DNA of 64,000 nt from Obrimoposthia wandeli (lineage: Eukaryota). Shown here piece by piece: positions 19,913 through 29,425 of the stretch. The notes under the pieces are model-generated. The model searched no databases, was not told the origin of the DNA, and saw nothing but the letters and a program-made list of their open reading frames with translations. A program made the translations under genes and the position numbers. Where the stretch lies: contig CDROCS010004130.1 in assembly GCA_977020255.1 (NCBI GenBank), positions 1 through 64,000 of the forward strand, given 5' to 3'. Each line of letters starts with the position of its first letter. Position 1 is the stretch's first letter.

Positions 19913-21613
19913 ATGCAATTATCACCACTTGAAATAGTTAGAAGAGAATCTCTACAAAAACTACGTGAATTAGGAATCAACCCTTATCCAGCCGAAGAAT
20001 TTAAAACAACAGCTACAATAAAGAGTATTGTAGAAAAGTTTGAAGATTTTGAAGGTAAGGAGGTTGTTTTGGCAGGAAGAATGATGAGCCGTAGAATTAT
20101 GGGAAAAGCTTCTTTTGCTGAATTAAAAGATGCAAGTGGTAGAATGCAAATCTATGTTAATAGAGATGAAATTTCTTCTGAAGAAGATCCAACTATGTAC
20201 AATACTGTATTCAAAAAATTATTGGATATGGGTGACATTATTGGAATTAGAGGAAACGTATTTAAAACAAATGTTGGTGAAGTTTCTGTTAAGGTTAAGG
20301 AATTAACAGTTTTAGCTAAAAGTTTAAAACCATTACCAGTTGTAAAAACTGATGCTGACGGAAAAGTACACGATGCTTTTTCTGATGCTGAATCTAGATA
20401 CCGTCAACGTTATGTTGATTTAATTGTAAATGACCACGTAAAAGAAACTTTTATAAAAAGAACAAAGATCACCAATTCAATGCGTGACTTTTTCAATAAA
20501 AAAGGATATTTAGAAGTTGAAACTCCAGTTTTACAACCTATTCCAGGTGGAGCAGCTGCAAGACCTTTTATGACACATCACAATGCATTGGATATGCCTT
20601 TGTATTTACGTATTGCCAACGAACTATATTTAAAAAGATTAATAGTTGGTGGTTTTGATGCTGTTTATGAGTTTGCAAAAGACTTTAGAAATGAAGGAAT
20701 GGACAGAACTCATAATCCAGAATTTACTGTTATGGAATTGTATGTTGCATACAAAGACTATAACTGGATGATGGATATGACTGAAGAATTATTGGAGAAA
20801 ATTGCCATTGATACTAACGGAACAAGTGAAGTTGAAATTGGTGAACATAAAGTGAGTTTTAAAGCTCCTTATCCAAGAGTTCCAATTTTAGAAGCAATTA
20901 AAATACATACAGGTTACGATGTTGCTGGAATGAACGATGTTGAATTAAGAGAAGTATGTACTAAAGTCGGTATTCCAGTTGATGAGACAATGGGTGTTGG
21001 AAAATTGATTGATGAATTGTTTGGTGAAAAATGTGAGCATTTATACATTCAACCAACATTTATTACAGATTACCCAAAAGAGATGAGTCCGTTAACAAAA
21101 GAGCACAGAACAAACCCAGATTTAACGGAGCGTTTTGAATTAATGGTAAATGGAAAAGAATTGGCAAATGCTTATTCAGAATTAAATGACCCAATTGATC
21201 AACGTGAACGTTTTGAAGATCAAATGAAATTATCTGAAAAAGGTGATGACGAAGCAATGTTTATCGATCAGGACTTTTTAAGAGCTTTAGAGTATGGTAT
21301 GCCTCCAACATCAGGAATTGGTATTGGAATTGACCGTTTGGTAATGTTTATGACTAATAATGCGTCTATTCAAGAAGTATTATTCTTCCCTCAAATGAAA
21401 CCAGAGAAGAAAGCTCCATCTGTTGAATTAAACGATGAAGAAAAAGCAGTTTATGAAATTTTGAAAAAAGTTGAAAAAATTGAACTTTCAGCATTAAAAT
21501 CTCAAAGTGGTTTAAGTAATAAGAAATGGGATAAAACTATGAAAGGATTATCTAAATACAATATTGCTAAAGTTAACAATACTGACGAAGGTTTATTTGT
21601 TGAAATAGTATAA
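19913..21613 (+). CDS. lysS: Lysine--tRNA ligase (class II) with C-terminal extension
   Basis: RRIMGKASF, YRQRYVDL, YLRIANELYLKRL, FRNEGMDRTHNPEF, YGMPPTSGIGIGIDRL. Confidence 0.98.
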   Translation: MQLSPLEIVRRESLQKLRELGINPYPAEEFKTTATIKSIVEKFEDFEGKEVVLAGRMMSRRIMGKASFAELKDASGRMQIYVNRDEISSEEDPTMYNTVFKKLLDMGDIIGIRGNVFKTNVGEVSVKVKELTVLAKSLKPLPVVKTDADGKVHDAFSDAESRYRQRYVDLIVNDHVKETFIKRTKITNSMRDFFNKKGYLEVETPVLQPIPGGAAARPFMTHHNALDMPLYLRIANELYLKRLIVGGFDAVYEFAKDFRNEGMDRTHNPEFTVMELYVAYKDYNWMMDMTEELLEKIAIDTNGTSEVEIGEHKVSFKAPYPRVPILEAIKIHTGYDVAGMNDVELREVCTKVGIPVDETMGVGKLIDELFGEKCEHLYIQPTFITDYPKEMSPLTKEHRTNPDLTERFELMVNGKELANAYSELNDPIDQRERFEDQMKLSEKGDDEAMFIDQDFLRALEYGMPPTSGIGIGIDRLVMFMTNNASIQEVLFFPQMKPEKKAPSVELNDEEKAVYEILKKVEKIELSALKSQSGLSNKKWDKTMKGLSKYNIAKVNNTDEGLFVEIV

Positions 21614-21634
21614 AAATCTTCATTCATAATATAT

Positions 21635-21668
21635 AAAAAGGGACTACTTAATTGTAGTTCCTTTTTTT
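21635..21668. terminator. Intrinsic terminator / REP-like hairpin copy 1
   Basis: AAAAAGGGACTAC-TTAATT-GTAGTTCCTTTTTTT after lysS. Confidence 0.85.
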
Positions 21669-21867
21669 GTTTCTTATTATAATAACAATCTTATAATCAT
21701 CCTTTTAGATTCATCATTTTAAATATTTCTTTTTACAAATCCCAAGTAAATGCAGTAATTTATTCTATATTCACCATCTGTTTATAAATTCTATATACTT
21801 TTTATATTAAAGTTATTCTCTAGAATAAACATAGCAATTTTTTATTACTAAACTAATTATCTAACTC

Positions 21868-22292
21868 ATGCGTAAAAAACAATCAAGGTTAAAATTGATA
21901 GGTTTACTTCTATCTTGTCCCCTATTATTTCAAAATTGTAAAGTTTATGACTCAAAATCTGTTACAGTGGGTGAGGCATTACAATTTCCTGTGAAAGTAA
22001 AAGTAAAATCTAAAACCAATGACACTTTTAAATTTGAATATTTAAAAAAGGGAAAAGGCAAACTTTATGGAATTTCTAAAAAAAACTCAAAGACATCTAA
22101 AGAACTATTAACTAATACTTTAAACAATAATTCAAATGATAAATATGTGCAAATTTTATTAAATGATGATTTAGTTAAAGAAATACATCTTCAAAATAAA
22201 GGGAAATCCACAATAGTATCAGTACTGGTATCGCAGTTTTAAGTTTATTTGCAGGAATGGTAGCAATTGTTGGATTGTTTGGTGGCTTTTAG
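21868..22292 (+). CDS. Hypothetical lipoprotein, probably frameshifted near 22220
   Basis: Lipobox-like LFQNC. The ORF ends at 22242, but another frame continues as a hydrophobic tail STGIAVLSLFAGMVAIVGLFGGF* to 22292. Confidence 0.55.
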
Positions 22293-22348
22293 ATTTCCAT
22301 ATTTTCAAACTCACAAACCTATATTATCATAAAAAAATATTTAAAGAC

Positions 22349-22378
22349 AAAAGGAATTACAATTAAGTAGTTCCTTTT
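22349..22378. repeat. REP-like hairpin/terminator copy 2 (inverted relative to copy 1)
   Basis: Reverse complement AAAAGGAACTACTTAATTGTAATTCCTTTT is nearly identical to copy 1. Confidence 0.75.
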
Positions 22379-22420
22379 ATTATAAAAGCTATAGCCATTT
22401 TTCAAATTACTTTATTATGG

Positions 22421-23638
22421 TTAATAGTTATAATCAAGTTCCTCTCCTTCTAACTTTGCTATAACAACAGTTCCACAACTATCACTCCAAACATTTACAG
22501 CTGTACGAAACATATCTAATATTCTATCTACTGCTAAAATCAATCCAACCCCCTCTAAAGGTAAATTTACCGCTGAAAGTATTACAGTAATCATTACCAA
22601 TCCTGCCATAGGAATTCCTGCCGCACCAATTGAAGCCAAAAGTGCTGTTAACACAACAATAAGCTGCTCCAAAAAACTTAACTCTATTCCATAGGCTTGT
22701 GCTATAAACATAGCTGCTACGCATTCATACAGTGCTGTACCATCCATATTAATAGTTGCTCCAAGTGGTAACACAAAACTTGTAACCTTATTAGAAGCAC
22801 CTGCTTTATTTTCAACTGCATCCATTGTTAACGGTAATGTTGCCGACGAGGATGAGGTAGAAAATGCTGCTAATAAAGGAACTGACATTGCCTTTAGGTG
22901 CTTAGATGGATTTATTTTTCCTACAAGTTTTAAAATTAAAGGAAGTGTAACTGAACTATGAATAAATAAGCCAATCAAAACACATAGTATATAAAGTCCT
23001 AGTTTTCCGGCTACCTCAATTATATTACTTTGTTTCATTACTTGTAAGGCTATAATTCCAAAAACTCCATATGGAGTGAATTTTATAACAAATTCTGTTA
23101 TTTTCATCATCAATTCAAATCCGCCATTCGCAAATTTTCTAAAATGTTTTTTATTTTTTTTTGAAATACTACCTATAAACAAGCCTACTAAAATTGCAAA
23201 AAATATAACGGACAACATTTGATTTTCAACCATTGCCTTAAATATATTGGTTGGTATAATTTGCATCAAAGTTTTTCCAAAAGATTCAGTAGCCAAAGCC
23301 AATCCTTCAACTTCTTCCACAAATCCTAAATCCGCCCCATCTCCAGGTCTAATCAAATTCACCATCAATAAACCAGTTGTAATCGCAAAAATACTTGTTG
23401 AAACATAATATGTAATAGTTTTCATTCCAATTTTACCTAGTTTTTTCAAACTTCCCATATTCACAATTCCTGAAATAATTGATGTAAAAATCAGCGGTAT
23501 AATAACCATTTTTAAGGCTCTCATAAATAAATCCCCCATCCAACTGATATATTTCACATATTGAGGTAACCACAATCCCATCACTACCCCTAAAACAAGT
23601 GCTATTGCTATTTGCCAATGAAGTTGAACCTTAGTCAT
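22421..23638 (-). CDS. Dicarboxylate/amino acid:cation symporter (GltP/DAACS family)
   Basis: FSTSSSSATLP, LPLGATINMDGTALY, ASIGAAGIP, DRILDMFRTAVNVWSD. Confidence 0.93.
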   Translation of the reverse strand: MTKVQLHWQIAIALVLGVVMGLWLPQYVKYISWMGDLFMRALKMVIIPLIFTSIISGIVNMGSLKKLGKIGMKTITYYVSTSIFAITTGLLMVNLIRPGDGADLGFVEEVEGLALATESFGKTLMQIIPTNIFKAMVENQMLSVIFFAILVGLFIGSISKKNKKHFRKFANGGFELMMKITEFVIKFTPYGVFGIIALQVMKQSNIIEVAGKLGLYILCVLIGLFIHSSVTLPLILKLVGKINPSKHLKAMSVPLLAAFSTSSSSATLPLTMDAVENKAGASNKVTSFVLPLGATINMDGTALYECVAAMFIAQAYGIELSFLEQLIVVLTALLASIGAAGIPMAGLVMITVILSAVNLPLEGVGLILAVDRILDMFRTAVNVWSDSCGTVVIAKLEGEELDYNY

Positions 23639-23763
23639 AATAATTTTTATTAATTATAATTAAAGTTACATATTTTATTCTGACTTTATATTTACAATAG
23701 TTTTCATCATCCATTATATCAACTACTTATATTTTATTTCAGGATATTAAAAAAGGTCTTTCC

Positions 23764-23801
23764 AAAAAAAAAGGAATCACTTAATCGTGGTTCCTTTTTT
23801 T
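23764..23801. repeat. REP-like hairpin copy 3
   Basis: AAAAAGGAATCAC-TTAATC-GTGGTTCCTTTTT, located between divergent genes. Confidence 0.7.
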
Positions 23802-24008
23802 ATGAGATATTATTCATAAACATCAAAACATTAGCAAATTAACATCGAAATATTAAGTTTGTTTTGAATTAAAAATCTTCTTAATATATTTTCAAAATAA
23901 TTCCTAAACAATTCTAATTTCACGTCGAAAATTAAAGATTCATTTTAAAAAAAGAATCATTCAAAATTCTTATCTTCGGCAACAGTTTAAACCAAAAATT
24001 AAATAAAC

Positions 24009-25394
24009 ATGTTTCAAAAATTAAAAGGGTTTTCTCGTGCATTTTGGACGGCAAATATAGTTGAGCTTCTAGAGAGAGGTGCTTATTACGGAGTATTTAT
24101 TGTTATTACACTTTACTTATCTAGAATCTTAGGATTTTCTGATATGGAAGCTGCAATGATCTCAGGATTATTTTCTGGAGGTTTATACCTTCTACCAACA
24201 TTTACTGGAGCTTTAGCTGATAAAATAGGTTTTAAGTCTTCATTAATAATAGCTTTCTCATTATTGAGTATAGGTTATTTTGGATTAGGAGTTTTACCAA
24301 CAATGCTAGAATCAATAGGTTTAGTTGAATACTCTGAAAAAATACAATTTACTGGTTTATTAGAATCTAGTGAACGATGGGCAATTGTACCAATTATGGT
24401 AATAATAATGATTGGTGGTTCATTTATTAAATCGGTAATTACTGGAACTGTTGCTAAAGAAACTACAGAAGCAAATAGAGCTCAAGGTTTTTCTATCTTT
24501 TATATGATGGTAAATATTGGAGCATTTTCTGGAAAAACAATTGTAAAGCCTTTACGTGCTTCTATGGGAGATATGGGATTAGTTTATTTAAATTATTTTT
24601 CAACTGCAATGACTCTTTTAGCTTTGGTTATGATAATTTTCTTTTACAAAAGTGCTAAACAAGAAGGAGAAGGAAAAACATTGAAAGAAATTTGGGAAGC
24701 ATTACTAAGAGTTCTTACAAATGGTAGATTAATCTCTCTAATAATAATAGTTACAGGATTTTGGATGGTACAACACCAATTGTATGCAACAATGCCTAAA
24801 TATGTGTTAAGATTGGCTGGTGAAGGAGCATCACCTTCTTGGTATGCCAATGTTAATCCATTAATAGTTGTATTAACAGTTACTTTTGTAACTAGAATTA
24901 TGGCAAGTAAAACACCGCTATTTTCTATGACAGTTGGTATGTTTATTATGCCGCTTTCAGCTCTTGCAATGGCTTCTGGAAACTGGTTTGGCGGCGCTGA
25001 AATAGATCTTGGAATTATAAGTTTGCATCCAATTGCACTTATGATGATTATTGGTATTATGCTACAAGCATTAGCTGAATCATTTATTTCACCTCGGTTT
25101 TTAGAGTTTTTCTCTCTACAAGCACCAAAAGGTGAAGAAGGATTGTATTTAGGTTTTAGTCATTTACACTCATTTATTTCATCAATTGTTGGATTTGGTT
25201 TATCTGGATATTTACTATCTAAATATTGCCCAGACCCAAGATTATTTGAAAGTCATGAAGCTTGGGAAGTAGCTTCTGCAGATGCTCATTATATCTGGTA
25301 TTACTTTGGTGCAATTGCATTTGTTTCTGCTATTTCATTAATTATTTATGGAAGAGTAATTAACAAATTAGATGCTAAAAAGGCTTTAAAATAA
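24009..25394 (+). CDS. MFS transporter, POT/PTR (oligopeptide:H+ symporter)-like
   Basis: ELLERGAYYG (ExxERxxYYG motif), GFSIFYMMVNIGAF, about 12 TM helices. Confidence 0.8.
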   Translation: MFQKLKGFSRAFWTANIVELLERGAYYGVFIVITLYLSRILGFSDMEAAMISGLFSGGLYLLPTFTGALADKIGFKSSLIIAFSLLSIGYFGLGVLPTMLESIGLVEYSEKIQFTGLLESSERWAIVPIMVIIMIGGSFIKSVITGTVAKETTEANRAQGFSIFYMMVNIGAFSGKTIVKPLRASMGDMGLVYLNYFSTAMTLLALVMIIFFYKSAKQEGEGKTLKEIWEALLRVLTNGRLISLIIIVTGFWMVQHQLYATMPKYVLRLAGEGASPSWYANVNPLIVVLTVTFVTRIMASKTPLFSMTVGMFIMPLSALAMASGNWFGGAEIDLGIISLHPIALMMIIGIMLQALAESFISPRFLEFFSLQAPKGEEGLYLGFSHLHSFISSIVGFGLSGYLLSKYCPDPRLFESHEAWEVASADAHYIWYYFGAIAFVSAISLIIYGRVINKLDAKKALK

Positions 25395-25415
25395 TTTTAA
25401 CTAAGGTTAATTTTT

Positions 25416-25449
25416 AAAAAGGAACTACTTAAAAGTGGTTCCTTTTTTT
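25416..25449. terminator. Intrinsic terminator / REP-like hairpin copy 4
   Basis: AAAAAGGAACTAC-TTAAAA-GTGGTTCCTTTTTTT. Confidence 0.85.
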
Positions 25450-25585
25450 ATGCTTTAAATTCAGCATAAAACTTTAACATTTCATTAACTAATTGGGCTA
25501 CCAAAAACAGGATTTAACCAAGTCTTTTTGAGCTTAAATACCTAAATTTGAGTAATTCAAACAATTATTATAAAACCAATCTATT

Positions 25586-27739
25586 ATGAGAAAATATCTC
25601 AATACCACAACTCTTAAATCATTAGTTGTCTGCGCACTAATTATTTCAACCAGTTGTACCCAAAAAAATGAAAAAGCAGAAAATTTGAATACCGATAATA
25701 TTTTATTACAAGAATGGACAGGTCCTTATGGAGGTGTTCCTAACTTTGATAAAATGAACTTAACAGATCTTAAATCTGCATTAGAGTTTGGTATGACAAA
25801 GAATTTAGAGGATATCCATGCAATTACCAATAATTCTGAAGAACCAACTTTTGAAAACACCATTGCTGAAATGGAAAAAGCTGGTGAAGAATTAAATAGA
25901 GTATTTAAATATTATGGGTTATGGAGCGCAAATTTATCTTCACCAGAATTTAGAACTATTCAAGGAGAAATGGCACCTCTATTGTCTGACTTCAGTTCAA
26001 AAATATCTCAAAATAAAGAATTGTTCAATCGTATAAAAAAGGTTTATGACGAATCTTTAATTACTCCTTTAGAAGATGACCAACAACGTGTTGTACAGCT
26101 TGTTTATGAAGGATTTGCTATGAATGGCGCTGAGTTAGATAAAACTAAAAAAGAACGCTATGCAGCAATTAACAAAGAACTTTCTACACTTTATACAAAT
26201 TTTGGAAACAATGTATTAGCAGATGAAGAAAACTATGTTGTTTATTTAACAAAAGAACAATTAGGTGGTTTATCTGAAGGAATGATAAAATCAATGGCGA
26301 AAATTGCTACTGATAAAGGACAAGAAGGTAAATATGCAATTCCTAATACTCGTTCTTATATGAGTCCTTTTGTAACGTATTCAACAGAGAGAGAATTACG
26401 TAAAAAAGTATGGACTAATTATTATTCAAGAGGAGATAACGGAGGTGAGTTTGACAATAATGAAAACATTGCTCAAATTCTAAAACTTAGAAAAGAACGT
26501 GTTGGACTTTTAGGATATGATAATTTCGCCGCTTGGAGACTTCAAAATAGAATGGCAAAAACTCCTGAAAATGCAATGAATTTAATGAATGCAGTTTGGC
26601 CTTCAGCTATCGCAAGAGTTAAAGAAGAGGTTAAAGATATGCAAGCAGTTGCTAATGCAAATGGAGATAAAATTACTATTGAACCTTGGGATTATCGCTA
26701 CTATGCTGAAAAAGTTAGAAAGAAAAAATATGATTTGGATTCAGACGAAGTAAAACAATACCTTCAATTAGACAAACTTACGCAAGCTTTATTTTTTGTT
26801 GCTGATGAAATATTTAATTACACTTTTACTCCAGTTGAAGAAGGATCTGTTCCTGTTTTTCATGAAGATGTAAAAGTTTGGGACGTAACAAATAAATCAA
26901 CAGGTGAACATATTGGCTTATGGTATTTAGATCCATTTGCAAGACCTGGAAAAAGATCTGGTGCTTGGGCAACAACTTACAGAAGTCATACTACCTTTGA
27001 TGGGAAAAAGACTGTTTTAGCTTCTAACAATTCAAATTTTGTTAAGCCGGCTCCAGGAGAAGCAGTATTAGTTTCTTGGGATGATGCAACAACTTTTTTA
27101 CATGAATTTGGACATGCATTGCATTTCTTTTCTTCAGAAGTAAAATATCCAACATTAAATGGAGGTGTTAGAGATTATACAGAATTTCAATCACAAGTAT
27201 TAGAACGTTGGTTATCAACAGATAAAGTAATCAATCAATTTTTAGTTCATTATAAAACCGGAAAAGTAATTCCAAAAGAATTGGTTGCAAAAATTAAAAA
27301 AGCTTCAACCTTTAATCAAGGATTTGCAACTACTGAATATTTAGCGTCTGCAATTATGGATATGAAATTTCATATGACCGACCCAACAACTATAGATGTA
27401 GATGCTTTTGAAAGAGAAACGTTAAATGAATTAAACATGCCAAAAGAATTGGTAATGCGTCACCGTACACCTCATTTTGGACATGTATTTTCTGGTGAAG
27501 GTTATGCTACTGCTTATTATGGATATATGTGGGCTGATGTTATAACAGCCGACGCTTCAGAAGCATTTGCAGAAGCTCAAGGAGGATTCTACGATAAAGA
27601 GTTAGCTGCTAAAATGGTGAAATATTTATTTGCGCCACGTAACTCAATGGATCCTGCAGAAGCATATAAGTTATTTAGAGGAAGAGATGCCAAAATAGAT
27701 GCTCTAATGAGAGACAGAGGGTTTCCAGTTTCTAAATAA
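25586..27739 (+). CDS. M3-family metallopeptidase (Dcp/oligopeptidase A-like), lipoprotein
   Basis: Lipobox STSC, GKRSGAW, HEFGHALH, EFQSQVLE, YYGYMWA. Confidence 0.93.
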   Translation: MRKYLNTTTLKSLVVCALIISTSCTQKNEKAENLNTDNILLQEWTGPYGGVPNFDKMNLTDLKSALEFGMTKNLEDIHAITNNSEEPTFENTIAEMEKAGEELNRVFKYYGLWSANLSSPEFRTIQGEMAPLLSDFSSKISQNKELFNRIKKVYDESLITPLEDDQQRVVQLVYEGFAMNGAELDKTKKERYAAINKELSTLYTNFGNNVLADEENYVVYLTKEQLGGLSEGMIKSMAKIATDKGQEGKYAIPNTRSYMSPFVTYSTERELRKKVWTNYYSRGDNGGEFDNNENIAQILKLRKERVGLLGYDNFAAWRLQNRMAKTPENAMNLMNAVWPSAIARVKEEVKDMQAVANANGDKITIEPWDYRYYAEKVRKKKYDLDSDEVKQYLQLDKLTQALFFVADEIFNYTFTPVEEGSVPVFHEDVKVWDVTNKSTGEHIGLWYLDPFARPGKRSGAWATTYRSHTTFDGKKTVLASNNSNFVKPAPGEAVLVSWDDATTFLHEFGHALHFFSSEVKYPTLNGGVRDYTEFQSQVLERWLSTDKVINQFLVHYKTGKVIPKELVAKIKKASTFNQGFATTEYLASAIMDMKFHMTDPTTIDVDAFERETLNELNMPKELVMRHRTPHFGHVFSGEGYATAYYGYMWADVITADASEAFAEAQGGFYDKELAAKMVKYLFAPRNSMDPAEAYKLFRGRDAKIDALMRDRGFPVSK

Positions 27740-27762
27740 GAATAATTTATTTTAACATATTT

Positions 27763-27796
27763 AAAAAGGAATTACAGCAATGTGATTCCTTTTTTT
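27763..27796. terminator. Intrinsic terminator / REP-like hairpin copy 5
   Basis: AAAAAGGAATTAC-AGCAAT-GTGATTCCTTTTTTT. Confidence 0.8.
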
Positions 27797-27854
27797 ATTT
27801 AAAAATCAGTAACTTTAATAATTAAATTAATATTGACAATTAATCTGAAAAATC

Positions 27855-29153
27855 ATGTCTAAAAAAATATCTTATTCAAATCAAACACTCGTTTTAAAGT
27901 CATTTTTTTTAATTCTTTTTGTTATTGGATTTCAAAATATTGGTTTTTCTTCAACAAATAGTAAATTAACAGATACCATAGGGTTTCATAGATATAAAGG
28001 AAAAGTTATTGATAGTAAATCTAAAAAGAAATTAATTTTTGCTTCATTAAACGTTGACGGAACAAACATCAGTACTATTACAAATTCAAATGGAGAATTT
28101 TTATTAAAGGTTCCCAAAAAAATAATTAATAAAACAGTTACTGTTTCATTTTTGGGATACACAAGCAAAGTTTTAAACTTATCAGATTTAAAAGAAAAAT
28201 TAACTATAAAACTTGAAACTCATATTGAAGAGCTTACAGAAGTTGAAATAACAGTGAAAGATGCTAAAACTTTAATTCGTGAAGTTCTTAAACGAAAAAA
28301 AGAAAATTATTTCGATGAATTAACTACCATGACTGCTTTTTATAGAGAAACAATAAAAAAAAGAAGATCTTATGTTTCGCTTTCAGAAGCTGTTGTTGAA
28401 ATCAATAAACAACCTTACACTAACAATAGAAGAGATATTTTAAGAATTCACAAATCAAGAAAAAGTACCGATTATAGAAGGTTGGACACTATCGCTTTCA
28501 AGCTAAAAGGAGGACCTTTTAATTCTGTTTACATTGATCTTATAAAAAATCCAACATTCTTTTTCAACGATGAAATGTTTGACATTTATGATTTCTCCTT
28601 TGGAAAATCAACCAAAATTGACAATCGCCCAATTTATGTAATTAACTTTAAACAGAAACCGCATATTAAAGACCCATATTTTTATGGTAAATTGTACATT
28701 GATGCTCAATCATTGGCGCTAACTAATGCTAACTTTAAACTAAATATTGAAAATAAAGAAAAGGCAAGTAGGAACTTCATTGTAAAAAAGCCGAGGGGAG
28801 CACGAGTTTATCCAGTTGAAGTTTCTTATCAGATTGATTACAGATCAAAGAATCACAAATGGTATAATTCATATAGTAGAATTGAACTTGGATTCAAAAT
28901 AAACTGGGATAAAAAATTATTTAATACAATTTACCACACCACCATTGAAATGGCCATTACAGATTGGAAAAAAAACCCAACAAAGAATTTAATTAAACCA
29001 AAAGACAGATTAAGACCATCTGTTATTATTAGTGATAAAGCGTCAGGATTTTCTGACCCAGAATTTTGGGGGGAATACAATGTTATTGAACCTGAAAAGC
29101 CTATTGAATCTGCCATTAAAAAAATTCAAAAACAGTTAAAAAAAATAAAATAA
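27855..29153 (+). CDS. Exported protein with carboxypeptidase-regulatory-like (CarboxypepD_reg) N-terminal domain
   Basis: GKVIDSK...ISTITNSNGEF...VSFLGY motif; TAFYRE; FWGEYNVIEP C-terminus typical of Bacteroidota outer-membrane-associated proteins. Confidence 0.75.
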   Translation: MSKKISYSNQTLVLKSFFLILFVIGFQNIGFSSTNSKLTDTIGFHRYKGKVIDSKSKKKLIFASLNVDGTNISTITNSNGEFLLKVPKKIINKTVTVSFLGYTSKVLNLSDLKEKLTIKLETHIEELTEVEITVKDAKTLIREVLKRKKENYFDELTTMTAFYRETIKKRRSYVSLSEAVVEINKQPYTNNRRDILRIHKSRKSTDYRRLDTIAFKLKGGPFNSVYIDLIKNPTFFFNDEMFDIYDFSFGKSTKIDNRPIYVINFKQKPHIKDPYFYGKLYIDAQSLALTNANFKLNIENKEKASRNFIVKKPRGARVYPVEVSYQIDYRSKNHKWYNSYSRIELGFKINWDKKLFNTIYHTTIEMAITDWKKNPTKNLIKPKDRLRPSVIISDKASGFSDPEFWGEYNVIEPEKPIESAIKKIQKQLKKIK

Positions 29154-29425
29154 TTTAACCTGTATATTTAAATACTTCGCTACTTTTTTTAAAATGAAAA
29201 AGATATTTTGATGAAATTATTTTGTCAAATAGCTTATTTTCACTACTTTAGAATTGCATAATCCCAAATTCTAATTAAATACTTATGTGATTTAATTAAA
29301 AAACGTGTAATTATAAACTTGATAATTTTAAATAAAATTTAATATAAAATAAATTTATTAGATGCCATAATCATTCCATTTAATATGGGAATTGATATAT
29401 GAAATTAATTTAAATAACCCCAGTT

